A stretch of 63,877 nt of DNA, the filler included, from Choristocarpus tenellus KU-1152 (lineage: Eukaryota > Protista > Phaeophyceae): the NCBI GenBank assembly GCA_964200185.2. It is 10 parts of 10 records of this genome, joined end to end, with 100 filler letters (N's around TTAATTAATTAA, not from the genome) between each part and the next. Parts side by side here need not be neighbours in the genome. Positions count along the whole stretch, not along the records: positions 1 to 17,884 come from CAXNAD020000614.1; positions 17,985 to 24,080 come from CAXNAD020008946.1; positions 24,181 to 28,946 come from CAXNAD020013142.1; 7 more parts are not named here. The stretch is one strand, 5' to 3'. The position numbers and the translations under genes were made by a program. Under the pieces are notes generated by a model, which did no database searches, was not told the DNA's origin, and was given only the letters and a program-made list of their open reading frames with translations. Shown one piece after another: positions 12,954 to 24,552 of the stretch (within the stretch, counting starts at the first letter, position 1; every line of letters begins with the position of its first letter).

Positions 12954-15900
12954 TACAGCATCTGGTGTTGTCCACTATACAAACCTCGTCTGGCCTCTGG
13001 CTGAGTCCTGTCCGGGTCCGGCAGCTGTACAATGTCACACAGGTCTTCCCGTAGTGGCCTAAAGAATCCAGAGAACTGTAGAAGGCGAAATGAATGCATG
13101 TGAGTAAGTGTGTGTTTGTCTACGTGTGTCTGCTCAAATGTGCGCCTGTTGGAGTTCATTCACATCTGACATGGATTGGTAAACATCAACGATTGGGCAG
13201 CAATTGGGAAGGGCTTGAGCAGGTACATGAGCTGAGCAAATAGGAGTGGGAGAATAGGACAGGGTGTGCAGGCAGGGGGACTTCCCTCTTCTGCACTTTG
13301 TCCACTATTATTTGATTCTCTCCAAAGTCAATGCCAGGCAGCAGGCATCCTTCAGTACCTTGAAAAATCGTTACCCTCATGAATCAAAACATCTATTGTC
13401 CTTAGGTGCTGCACTAGATTCGATCTTGCTCATCGCAAAGCTGCTGCTGCACTGAACCACCCCGAAAACTTGATGAATAAGTCGCATAACTGGTATCCCA
13501 GTTACCTGAACAGCTGGTTTTGAAAAAAAGGTTGCACTAGAAGGACAATACATCACTATTGCAGCACTCCCTAAAAACTATTATTTTGTCCCAATGTGGA
13601 AAGTTTTCTATTGCATATAGCTGCTGCCTGGGTAGGTGAGTGGGGTTGGCAAAACTATCGTGGGCTACGAAACGTAGGAGGATCAAGATATTCCAAAATC
13701 ATTGCTCCTATCTAGGATGTAGTTCAACACAAAACTGCCAATCATAAGGATATTTCGGGGAAGTAGGTACAGATATGTAAGTGAGCCAGTCTTCACGGAG
13801 CAGAAACAACTAAACATCGGGACACACAGTTGTTGCAGTGGCTACTCTTCTGTGCCAAAAGCGCTCATGATCGATTCATGATTTGATACGGCCTGCTTCG
13901 GTTCTGAATTAAAAAATAAGGTGATCCTGGTCACTTGATATTAATACTTCTACATTTGAATTTTGCACAAAGTGTGAGTACATCACGTTCTAGGGTCGAA
14001 TCGGTGTGCACGTGTAGGTTGATGAGGACTAAATGCACCATACTCTTTTTTCCCCTTTCTTGAACAGAGGGATACAGCTATTTTGAAAATCGCATTATTC
14101 CACGAATGAGGTCACCATTGAACACTGCACCTCGGTACAAGAGGTACATCAAGCATTCCCTCTATCACAGTTATGTGTTCGACTCCTCTGTAGGTCATTC
14201 TTAATATGTGAGGAGTATGCAGGTGGTGCATCAGCAGGACAGGTCGGGTGAGCTGGAGGTTGGGCCCAGACCTCAAGGCAGTGTTGGCTGGTAGGGTAGG
14301 GGGGCAGTCTAGGAATGATAATACCACAGGCACCCTGAATCCACAATAATCAACCCTGCCCTAAAATGAATACATGAACAGTATAGTTGTCCTGCTGTAG
14401 GTGTTGCCAGAGGATTCGGCCTACCTAGCAGCCCCATGGTCACCCTTGTCATGTTTGTCCGCACTGAGCAGTTTGGTGTATTTAATCCAAGTCAACATCT
14501 CACATACTTTCTTACTCTACCAACTGTTACCTCTGCAAATTCACATATTATAGTTTAATCTATCCCACATAGAATAGGTCTGCAAGAGTATGCTGCAATA
14601 TTGTTTGGATTGTGGTCAAGGATGGGTCCTATTCTACCTAAGAAGCTCACCCTTTTGTTAAACCCGTAACAGGGAGGATGTAAAATGGCCTCAGCTCCTG
14701 CTGTAGTATCACTCTCCGCCTCAAGACCCTCTCCTGTTTGTCCCACTGTTTCAGGTATGAGCTCATCAATACCCAAATGTACAGGGGCCACAGTACCACC
14801 ACAAGCCTCCCTTCTACCTGATGCTGCCAACGACTGCTCAGGACCACATTCTGAAGTTGCTGCCACCCCTACCCCCTTGCCCCAACCTTTCTTTTCCTCT
14901 CTCAACTCTTCATCACTTCTACTGAAGGTTTCTGATCCAAGGACCTCTATGCCAGAGTTTTTCCCCTGACTATCTTTCTTTTCCCTTTCAAAAAAGAACG
15001 TTGTGCAGGTAGGGTTGGAAATTGGGGTAAGATTGGAGGAATAGGTGGGGGGGGCAGGGGAAGGGGGTGGAAGAGACAGAGTGGGCTGAGTTTGGGGCTC
15101 AAATATGAGGGAGGTGAGGACAAGGCAAGAATGTGGCTAAGCCGCTGGTACAAGACCATGGGTCAAAGTGCTTGCGGATCCATTCTGGAAAGGAGGACAA
15201 TTTTGAGGAAATCACTTGGGTGTCCGTCCCCTGCATGCTTAGAGTCGTCAACTTCTGCCACTTAAAAGCAATGAACAGGAATTGGAGTGGTCAGGGGGGT
15301 GGAGACAGGATGTTGGGGTGATATACTGCAGGAAGCTGGGTGTGCACCAAGGTGACAGCAACACTGGCATCATTAATTGAGATGTGACAATTAGTCAGCA
15401 GTAGGTGAGGAGTTGGGTTTTATAACAGCAGGTATCAAGGAACGGAGCCATACTTACTGAACAATAAACAAAAAAATGTGACTACTGTGCAGGATCCTCA
15501 AGTACTGTACAGTACTTAACAGACTGCCATGGACAACAGCAAAACTTTACAACAGCTTTAGTAGCATTGCAACCTACAGCTGGGATTGAAGATAATTCAT
15601 ATTACAAAGGATCTCTTACACAATAGAAACGTCAGAAATTCTTCAGTTTCATTCTGATCTACAGCTGGGATAGAAGATGCTTCGATTACTCAATTCAAGC
15701 AGGGATCTGTTGGAGTCTGTACCATGTTTATGTTGCATAGTTAGGATCACCCTTTCCACCACCCAAAGAGAAGGGGAGAGTACTAAACAGCTTCTTGTTA
15801 GGCACACTGCAAAATATTTTTTACTGACCTGCATACCATCTAAGCCGCCAGAAAGCAAGCACCTTTCCATCATGTCTGAATCTATACTTAGTAGGGTAGA

Positions 15901-17483
15901 GACTTCTACATACTTCAAAGCAATGTGTAGTTCATAGGTGCAGCATATCACAACATCAACCGTGACACAACCCAGCAACAGTAAACCAATAGATAGCACA
16001 AAGAAGTTAAGTGGTTTGAAAAGTTTGTAACAGCAAAAGTGTATCAATCTGAAAATATACCTATGAGCAGCATTTGATGAACAATTCAATCAGAGTTGAA
16101 ACATTGTCTTGTTCAAAAGTAAAAACGTTCCACCTTGCATTATGGTTTCAGTCCCCTCCACCTCACAATTCCCCTTCACCATATATTCTCTAAGACGCTA
16201 CGTATTTCCCTGTTCAAATTTGAACCCACCTCCACCCATAACTCTAACCCCTTTCCACAGCACCAATTAAATGGCATCCTAACCACCCTCCTTCCTCACC
16301 CAGAGAGGTCATTTCGTGTCCAACGAGGTTGAAGCAGTGTTGTAGTAAGGTCCAGGTCCTTAAAGTATAGCCCCGGCTCCGCCTTTCATCGTGCAAGGGA
16401 TACATCAATGCAGGGGTGGCGGTTGCAATTTCAAGAGGGTGTTAAACCAGTCAAGTTGTCATGAGGGTAGAGAGGAGGGAGAGGAATGGGTATTGATCAC
16501 AAGGAAAAACTATCACTTAAGGCTTCACTGCAGTTGCAGATTGGGGGTATGTAGCCGTCCAACAACTGGAATACAACAACATGCCCTGAAGCAGGTGATG
16601 AGAGGTCTTGTATGGTCTATGTTTCGGATGAATCATGACCATTGCTGTTGTGGGTGGATACAGATGTAAGGACGAGCAAGTAGGAGCAAATTCGTCTAGG
16701 TGGCCAGACTTACAAGTAGGTGGGAAGCATTTTCTACCTGATCTAGGATGTGCAAGGACATTGGAAAAGAACACCAAAGAACATGGTAACCATGTATTGC
16801 GTTATGGAGTAAAGCACAGACTCGAGCAAAAAAGTGGTGCAGGCACCAGAGAGGATAATATGCACAAGAAGGTGAGAACTGGCCATTGAAGGAAAAATAG
16901 AAGAGACTCAGGCTTCAGAGCAGGAGCACTCGTGCAATGAGGGATCGTCTGGTGCGCCTGGGCTAAGGCAAGAAAAAAGGAACTACCAACGCGAGAGGTA
17001 CATAAGCAACACTTAGGCACGCTCGAATAGGGCAAAGTAGGGTTGATTGACCTTAGGTAGGTGTGCAGTGATTGTTCCTCCATCTTCATTGGGGTCGAAC
17101 ACTGCCCTGCATCTATCCTCGTCGTCCACTAGATCGTGTGGGAAGTTGAGCCTGCCGCAAACAAAAAGTCACAAATGGAAATTTGAACCTACGGACTCGA
17201 AAGTGAAGAGGGTGCCACATTGCAACTCGAAGAGGAAAATTGGGGGTAAAAATAAGTTCGCTTTGGTTTGGCACGGATGACAAGGGAATAAATCCTCCCA
17301 CTGCCTTCAGTCAAGGTAGATACGTAAGTTTTCATACTTGAGTAGGTACGGCTTGCAGTAGAAAGTGAACTCCCGGCAATCGATATATGTCTCAGCGTTC
17401 GCTATTCGAACATGCGGAACGTGCATAGACACAAGAACAAAATCATCCGTTTGGGTCACGTGGAACTTGGGAGTGACTGGCAT
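6678..17483 (-). CDS. SHQ1: SHQ1 H/ACA ribonucleoprotein assembly factor (CS domain + SHQ1 domain), 10 exons, ~950 aa
   Basis: Exons (minus): 17338-17483, 17052-17151, 16300-16382, 14651-14984, 12985-13075, 10918-11548, 9825-10005, 8931-9236, 8249-8332, 6678-7575; all splice phases are consistent. Peptides: MPVTPKFHVTQTDDFV...FTFYCKPYLLKLNFP...LPK, PGLYFKDLDLTTTLL, YGFNKRFSGFF, FNPDRYLAD, DILFGYVYDHRTTCGDPTVESPWTIATLSPLLSWL, RRSLIFPYLRVWDL, YLLNKLFIEDYCVWLQ, KGDLGLDLERLE. These are typical SHQ1 blocks. The last exon crosses a poly-C/7-N gap, so the stop is at 6678 (preferred, ...KKLIEEL) or 6766. Confidence 0.93.
12232..12882. mobile_element. Two tandem, diverged ~300-bp fold-back (MITE-like) elements inside a SHQ1 intron
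   Basis: gactagtacctcagtggtatagtggt (12245-12270) is inverted relative to accaccatataccactgaggccctactc (12516-12543). The interior motif catctcaatct.....tttcccct recurs at ~12365 and ~12727. The second unit ends ...accactaagacactagtctcacacggaactc. Confidence 0.55.
12917..12951. repeat. (GT)n microsatellite in a SHQ1 intron
   Basis: Perfect run of ~17 GT units. Confidence 0.95.
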
Positions 17484-17884
17484 GGTGCTAGGTCCAGTGA
17501 GGCGTAAGGGATGGGTTGGGGACCGCAAAAAAAGTTTGAACAAGGTAGTTTAATGGAAAATGAAACATGTTGCCTGGCGCGCCGCGCGTATACTCACGAC
17601 GATGTTCACATCTCTAAAACACGTATATAAAAGTAGACGTTTGTGTAGTTGAGAATTCGTGAAGTGGGTTTACGTATGGTAAGATAAAGTATTGGTATAT
17701 ATAGTGTTGGCAGTCCTTTCTATCTATATGTTACATGTAAGGGTAAAAAGAACGAATTGGATGTTAGAGGAAAACTTAAGGATTGTATGGATGAGTGTTA
17801 GAGAAGGTCAAAGAAATGAGTTGTAGGTGTCAAAAAATAGGCTCATGTCAGGGACAGGTTCCTTTTTGGGATCTCCGACACACA

Positions 17885-17984
17885 NNNNNNNNNNNNNNNN
17901 NNNNNNNNNNNNNNNNNNNNNNNNNNNNTTAATTAATTAANNNNNNNNNNNNNNNNNNNNNNNNNNNNNNNNNNNNNNNNNNNN
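17885..17984. other. Artificial contig spacer (44 N + TTAATTAATTAA + 44 N)
   Basis: Identical 100-bp spacer with a palindromic all-frame stop linker, found nine times in the window. Confidence 0.98.
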
Positions 17985-18681
17985 CCCCGGGTGCCCCTTT
18001 GTGGACCGTTCCTATCCCGCCACTGGCGGGGGGGGGGGTTTTTTTGTGGGGGGCGGGGGGGGGGGGGGTGAGAGAGGTGTTGACCGTGCTGGTTGCACTG
18101 GAATATCACGGATGGAGCTACCTCGAGGCTCGACATGTATGTTGTGAGGAGTGTCTTGGGGGGGTTGTATCGTGGAGGTGAGGTGAGTTGCGGGTCTCTG
18201 GATCTACCAAGTGCTGGTTGAAGGAGTCTTGGAGTACTCCTCTGGGGGGAGGGAGTAGGTTACTGGGAGAGACTGATAATTGAATGGATTGACAACACTT
18301 GCGAACTGAGTTGCGCAGTTTGTTTGTTTTTGTACCTTGAGAGCCTCTGTTTTCAAAAATTATGGGTGGTACTGGATACAAATCTTACTGTTGGTCTAAG
18401 GGTATCTTTTGTGAAGTTGCATTTTTGTTGGCAATTGGGTCAGGGTTAGGGTGAGGGTTAGGGCTAGCCCTAACTGTACCATCTTCAGTTTTGGTGGAAG
18501 TGGTATATTGTTGTTTATGGAGGCATGGGATCGACCTTGGGGTGTTGGACAGCTGGATGGTTAGCATGGTACAGTTTTTTGTATCAGAGGTGTGATGCAG
18601 TTGTTGTAGAATAGGGGTAGGCTTGTGCACTATATGTGTATGAAAACTAGAGACAAATTAGGGCGAATGTATGTTAGGGTT

Positions 18682-18928
18682 AGGGTACGAGTTTTCCCCT
18701 GTTTGTCCGTTTGGGGATATTTTGGCTTCCCACGAGTTTTTTCTATCACATTTTCTTACTCCAAAATGTTTCGGAGTAGATAAAAAAAAAAATGTTCCTT
18801 TTTGGAGCAGGTATCATGTGTATGTTCAGAAACAAGACATATTTGACACTTTTGTAACAAACACAATAGTCAAGAAATTACATCAAAATCGCAACATCAG
18901 ATGTTAGCCTCCAAGATGATTTTGACTC
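18682..18928. mobile_element. Diverged MITE family A copy whose left TIR is replaced by TTAGGG repeats
   Basis: Colinear with 24296-24552 (agggtacgagttttcc.ctgtttgtcc...acattttc.tactccaaaatgtt...aaattacatcaaaatcgcaac); ends in ...ttttgactc. Confidence 0.8.
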
Positions 18929-19644
18929 TGGAGCGTCCAAAGTGGGTGGTACGTCTGCCAAGCAGGATGTTGTGGTGTTAATTGGAAAGATATTTATTTA
19001 TATTTATTTTCCTTCTTATGGGGTGTGTGGTTAGGGTTAGGGTTAGGGTTGGGGCATGGGAGGATCGTTTCACTTACTAGGAGGAAAGGAAAAAAAAATG
19101 TAGCTGTAATTTGAAATCGCACTAACTAGCGATGAAAGTAAAAGACAATATCAAGAACACCAACTGCTACGTAGTCATTTTTTTTTTCTGAGTGTGTAAA
19201 AATAGTAAATAATAATGGGAGCAGGAGTAGGACCCTTGAACAGAAGGAGTATGTACACCAGAATTGAAGTCATCTGTTTTTTCTTCTCATTCCCAGATAT
19301 AACCCCAACCCTAACACTAACCCAGATAGAGAGAGGGTAGAATATTCGCACCAGCATTTTTGATTAAAAAATGAAAAAATATGTATGTGTTTCCATTTTT
19401 TTATTTATTGTTCTTGTTCGTGTACATCATGGTCCAGAAAAGAACAAAAAAGAAGAAGAAGAAGAAGAAGAAGAGGAGGGTGGCCTGTTTTGAACGCGAA
19501 CGAATTACGAAACCTCAACTTTTTTCCATCATCCGACCCTGACTGACCATTATCCCGACCCCCAAAACTCTGTTCTTGTTCCCACCCAAAAATCGGAACC
19601 CTTTTTGGGGTGTTTTTTGTTTGTGTGGCGATTTGTCAATTCAG

Positions 19645-21033
19645 GGCTCTGGAAAGGTCTGATGCGGACGCGAGGAAGGAAATGTCTGGGAATGTTGTCC
19701 TCACCGGGGGGGGGTCGCTGTTTGACGGCCTGGCCAACAGGCTCACTTCAGACCTCACTGCGGCCTTGCCTTCCGCCTTCAAGGCAAAAAAAATAACAAA
19801 AAGAAAGAATTAAAAAAAAAACGCGATTTTCTGCTCTGTGACTATTCTTGACTCTCTGTTTCATACAGGTTGTGGCTTTGTGGCTCAGTCGTGCTTGAAA
19901 TCATATGGTGACAGTTAGTTACGCCATAGATGGGTTTATGTATATATATATATGTATATTGTTAGGGGTTTTGAAACAAGCTCATTCCATGGGTAAACAT
20001 ACTTTCCACTGTTTTGGGCCTGATACGTTTTTCTTTATGAAACACACACACACACATTTTTGATTCAAATGATAGGTCCACTCCATTTGACTTCCTGTAC
20101 GAATTGTACGAATGTTCACAGTCCAGTCTTGCCACACCTACATAGTGCCATCAAGGGTGTGTATTTAACCCGTGTACGTTTGTTTTTACCCTTTTACCAG
20201 TCTTCGCCCTTGCAGTTCTGTTGCCGTTATACTTTTGTAACTGAAACGTATCACTCCCTATCTATCAACCACAAGCGCACGGTAGGAGCGTTGTCTGCCC
20301 CCCCTCTCTCCCTCCCCAGCCCTTCCTCAAACCCTACCCTCTCAGTCTCATTCAGCCAAATAGAAGAGTAATGGAGAGAGGTACCCAGGTTTTGGTCGTT
20401 TTGCAATTTTAAAAAGTAGTTTGTTTTTATTCTTTTCTGTTTACCCTTATTTCTATGGATGAAGAAGAAGTGTGCCAAGTTTGACTTGAGAGCATTGATT
20501 TCGGTTCTGCTGTTTAAAAAAAAAAATGACGCAATTAAGAAGAGTTCCTTCCATACACTCACTTGCTAAAAAGGCTGAAATTTGCGCAATCTTTTCCATC
20601 ATCCTTAGAATGCAACTCTGGGTTTCATTTCTTTTAGTTTGACTCACTATGCCCCGACTCCCTGAAATATCATCCCACTGTTATCCCCAAAGTGTTGGGG
20701 TGTCCTACCCCCTGCTTCGCCGGTCGTCCTTTGTCCAACTATGGGAACTGAATTGACTTCGTGATCAAACCACGATTGAGCAACGCTTCAGAGAGTATTT
20801 CTCAACCCCACCCCCCACCCCCCCCCTCCCCCGTCCTCCCACTCCCACACATGATATTTGAATCGAAACAGGTGCGTGTCCTCAGTGGTTCCTCAGTGGA
20901 ACGCCGGTTCAGTGCCTGGATTGGTGGTTCCATCCTATGTTCCCTAGGGACCTTCCAACAACTTTGGTTGTCGAAGAAGCAGTATGAAGAGCATGGACCA
21001 CAATCTGCCGAGCAGAGATATTTCCATGGTTGA
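19645..21033 (+). CDS. ARP4: Actin-related protein, ARP4/ACTL6-like; last two exons only (5' part not identified on this contig)
   Basis: Exon 19645-19783 encodes [46 protein letters not shown]. Exon 20872-21033 encodes [42 protein letters not shown]...*. This is an actin-fold C-terminus; ERRFS.WIGGSIL.SLGTFQQ.W is closer to ARP4 than to conventional actin. The subfamily call rests on this short segment only. Confidence 0.85.
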
Positions 21034-22839
21034 GGACTTGGCAATTTAAGTCGATCGGCTAGGAGACTGTGGGAGGGCTCTGGAGCTCTGGAGCTCTGGA
21101 GCAATAGATTTTCCTTGCCCGTGAAACCTGGTCATACAAAACCAAGTTTCCCTGTGGAGGAGGGGATGTTAATTAACCCAGTGTCTTACGGGTATGAAGA
21201 GCCTTGATTTTCCAGAAAGTAAAAAGAGGCAGAAGAAATGAACAACTACCATGTCGTGTGTGTGCCTTGAAAAGGAATACCGTAAATTGTCCACAAATAG
21301 TAGCAAATAGGGTGCAATAGTAGGAGAGGGATCTTAGAAACAACGGGTTGTGGTATACTAAATGATTTTTTATTATGCGGCTTCTTTCCCCCCAACGCCA
21401 CAATAATACCCTACCTGGAAGTTGATGTCGGTGGGTATGTAAGTTGACACCATTTTTTGTGGCACAGCATGGGAGAGAGTTTGCCTAACCTAGATGAAGC
21501 GCTTGAGCAGCATGTAGGCATACCTGCACCGAGAGGTGGGGGAATTGGACGCCAACGCAAGTCCTAGAGCCAGTGATGCCATGGGTGCAGAAATTTGGCT
21601 CCCCCCAGGTGGTCATGTTGCTGTCGTGAGTTATTAGAGCGACAGCGCCCATCATCACAGAGCAAGGCCCTGGGGCGCTAGTGTCAGGGTCCATCATTCA
21701 CTGAGGAACAAAAAAGCCTTGATGGGTAGAGGGTGTATTGCCTACCTGGTTCTGGCTAGTAAGACTCCTGCACTGCCAGGTTTGGATATTGTTCAGCATT
21801 GTGTTCGGACTTGGTACCTACCATTCCATTTGATGTTGGGGAGGACGTGAGGCGGACTGCTTGCAGTAACTGACTGCTACACGATCTGTTGTAAGTGCAA
21901 GGCACACATTGTTCCCAATCCACAGGGATTAAGTAAAAACCTCACCTTCTCACACAACTGTCTGCTGGGCGACATGCTTTCTTTGAAGTAACATACTTCT
22001 CTTTGTGGTGTCCATTATTCTAAATTACGTGTCCCCCTTCTCTTCCTACCGTCCGATTCTTTCCGTTTCCTTCATGCAATATGTCGTATGCTTTCTCGGA
22101 TTAAATTAACCTCTTTCGTTTATCGAACTCCAGCTTTTCTCAGACCTCTCATGCTAGAGCAGCAGGGAAGATCGCCCAAGCATCCAATACCACCGCCACC
22201 ACCATGATGCAAGCTGCTTTCTTAAGTGTATTCTCTTTTTTGATTGATTACTCTTGTGTCCCTTTGTCTCCATTTCTTCCTCCTTTTGCCGATTATTTCC
22301 TTTCTGTGCCATGTGGTGAGGGACTTTTTTTGGTCTCGATGGGTGGTGAGATGACTCAAGGTTTCTATGTGTGATAATGCAAATTGTTCACCCATGGGTT
22401 CTATACTTCTCTTTTCTCTTTCTTTGTCCGTCTAAGTATTTGTTATACTTCTCAAGCGGTGTGCATTGCCTTCCTTAGACTACCTTTTCGACAATGCAAT
22501 TGTCAGGAAGGGGAGGATCGGGTTTGAGAAACAAAGGACAGGTCCAACTAACGTTCTCTTCGACCAATAAAAGTGGGGTGCTTGACAGCTAAAAGTCTGG
22601 TATCTAATGGCGTGAGTGCCCCACCCCTCTCACCAAGGGCATTGGGACCTGTTTGAAACACCATCCACCTCAGGCAATGGGTTCTTAGTGACCTGTGCAA
22701 ACTTGACTGATCATGCAACCACATTTTGTTATGTTCAAGAGGTGTGTCAGACCGAGACGAACCAGGATTGCGGTGGTCTACTAAGGTTCACCTGGCACTG
22801 AACTCTGAGTAGAATAGACCTGGGGGGGTACCCTACTTT

Positions 22840-22951
22840 GAAGTTGCCAAAGACAGGAGTGGGAGATACTGAGTGCCTACAGTAGATCCATAAGGGAAGT
22901 TGCCAAAGACTGAAGTGGGAGATATTGAGGGCCTACAGTAGATCCATAAGG
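22840..22951. repeat. Tandem duplication, 2 x 56 bp
   Basis: gaagttgccaaagac...gtgggagata.tgag.gcctacagtagatccataagg at 22840-22895 and 22896-22951, with no spacer. Confidence 0.9.
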
Positions 22952-23813
22952 GACACACCCAGTGCCACGTATTTCACACTACATAATGCACACAAGCATT
23001 AAAAAAAAGGTTGGTTGTAAGGACGACAATACTACTCCAAGTACCAAGTACATTATTTACGACCGTACAATCTTCGAGAAAGGAGTCATACACATACACC
23101 GCTTGGCCTCAGCTTTGTATTCTACTACAAGAAGGAAGAAGACATGAAGAATCGGGAAAATAGAACCAAGATAACTGTATGTGGTGGTATAGCACATACA
23201 TGCACACCAACTGGTGGTGAGTTTCCATATCATGCTGTCAACCACCTTGCTAACTTCCTGACCATTCCCCAACTTGAACTTGCACTGACAGGGCGACACA
23301 AAGAAAAAGATAATCTTGCAATCTTGCGCACAGCCCAAAAAGGTTTTGTCAAGTCTAACATTCACAAGAGGGGTCATATGGGGTGACACTCTAAAGTCAA
23401 TACTCCTATGAAACGTATGAACTGAACCATCCATTGTCCAACAAGTTGTAGGGGCTGACCTCTTTTCGTCAGCACAGAGATTCCATTGATCAGAGAACAT
23501 TCCACCAGGCGATTACCTCCACACTTGAAGTCTGCACATGGCACTCTATGCCATGAAGATGACCAAACCAAACCACATCCAAGAAGACTACACCCATTTT
23601 CTAGTATTTTACACATAGACATACATTGCAGCGTAGTCACATATCATACATTCAGGTACACATATACAACCATTTCATTTTTTCTTTTTCGATTACATAA
23701 AAAAAAACGAAAACGGCACTCCATCTCACTCCTAAAAAGGTCTAAATCATTGCACCTCCGTCAGTGAATATCCTCGTACACACCACTCTACAGGTGATGA
23801 AACCCCATGTTAA

Positions 23814-24071
23814 GAGTCAAAGTATCTTAGAGGGTAGAGCCGCGTCCATATGGGGACCAAAATCCAATGTTGCACTTTTGATGTAATTTTTTCTATCGTG
23901 TTTATTAGGAAGTGTCAATATCCTTGTTCCAGACATACCTTTTATAACGTACACATTTTACTTACTCTGAAACATTTTGGAGTAGGTAAAATGTCATTAA
24001 AAACTCGTTGGGAAGTCAACCCCCAAATGGACAAACAAGGAAAACTCGTACCCTCTAAGATACTTTCACTC
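23814..24071. mobile_element. Complete MITE family A copy (258 bp, ~23-bp TIR, TTAA target duplication), Sola-like
   Basis: ttaa|GAGTCAAAGTATCTTAGAGGGTA ... TACCCTCTAAGATACTTTCACTC|ttaa; no coding capacity. Confidence 0.9.
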
Positions 24072-24080
24072 TTAAGAGGG

Positions 24081-24180
24081 NNNNNNNNNNNNNNNNNNNN
24101 NNNNNNNNNNNNNNNNNNNNNNNNTTAATTAATTAANNNNNNNNNNNNNNNNNNNNNNNNNNNNNNNNNNNNNNNNNNNN
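24081..24180. other. Artificial contig spacer
   Basis: 44 N + TTAATTAATTAA + 44 N. Confidence 0.98.
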
Positions 24181-24295
24181 AATTTGCACAGGTTAGGGTA
24201 ACCCTACCCCTAACCCTAACCCCCCCCCCCCAGATACTTTGGGTCTAACTATAATACCCGTGCTAATAACTGTTCTACTGATATTCACACCGTTC

Positions 24296-24552
24296 GAGTG
24301 AAAGTATCTTAGAGGGTGTGAGTTTTACCCTGTTTGTCCATTAGGGGCTTGACTTTCCATGTGGTTTTATGACATTTTCCTAATCCAAAATGTTAGGAAG
24401 TAGGTAAAATGTACATGATATGAAAAAGTGTGTGCAGAACATGGATATTTACACTTCCTAACAAACATGATAGCCAAAATTACATGAAAATCGCAACTTT
24501 GGATTTTGACCCCCAAATGGACGCGGCTCTACCCTCTAATATACTTTGGCTC
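24296..24552. mobile_element. Complete MITE family A copy (257 bp, GTTC target duplication), opposite orientation to 23814-24071
   Basis: gttc|GAGTGAAAGTATCTTAGAGGGT ... ACCCTCTAATATACTTTGGCTC|gttc; the interior is the reverse complement of the 23814-24071 copy. Confidence 0.9.

Noticed and set aside
17929-17940. Recurring TTAATTAATTAA as a biological motif or CRISPR-like repeat
   Set aside because: It is always centred in exactly 44+44 Ns, which marks it as an assembly linker.
17484-21033. SHQ1 and ARP4 as a divergent gene pair sharing a promoter
   Set aside because: They lie on different contigs separated by an artificial spacer, and the 5' part of the ARP gene is not identified.
22840-22951. 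Direct repeats as a CRISPR array
   Set aside because: Only two abutting 56-bp units with no spacer and no cas genes, in a eukaryotic context.
23050-23640. Possible LTR-retrotransposon pol remnants (also ~31380-31590, ~35700-35900, ~43200-44100)
   Set aside because: They look like decayed coding DNA, but I could not read a diagnostic motif. A translated search against TE proteins would be needed.
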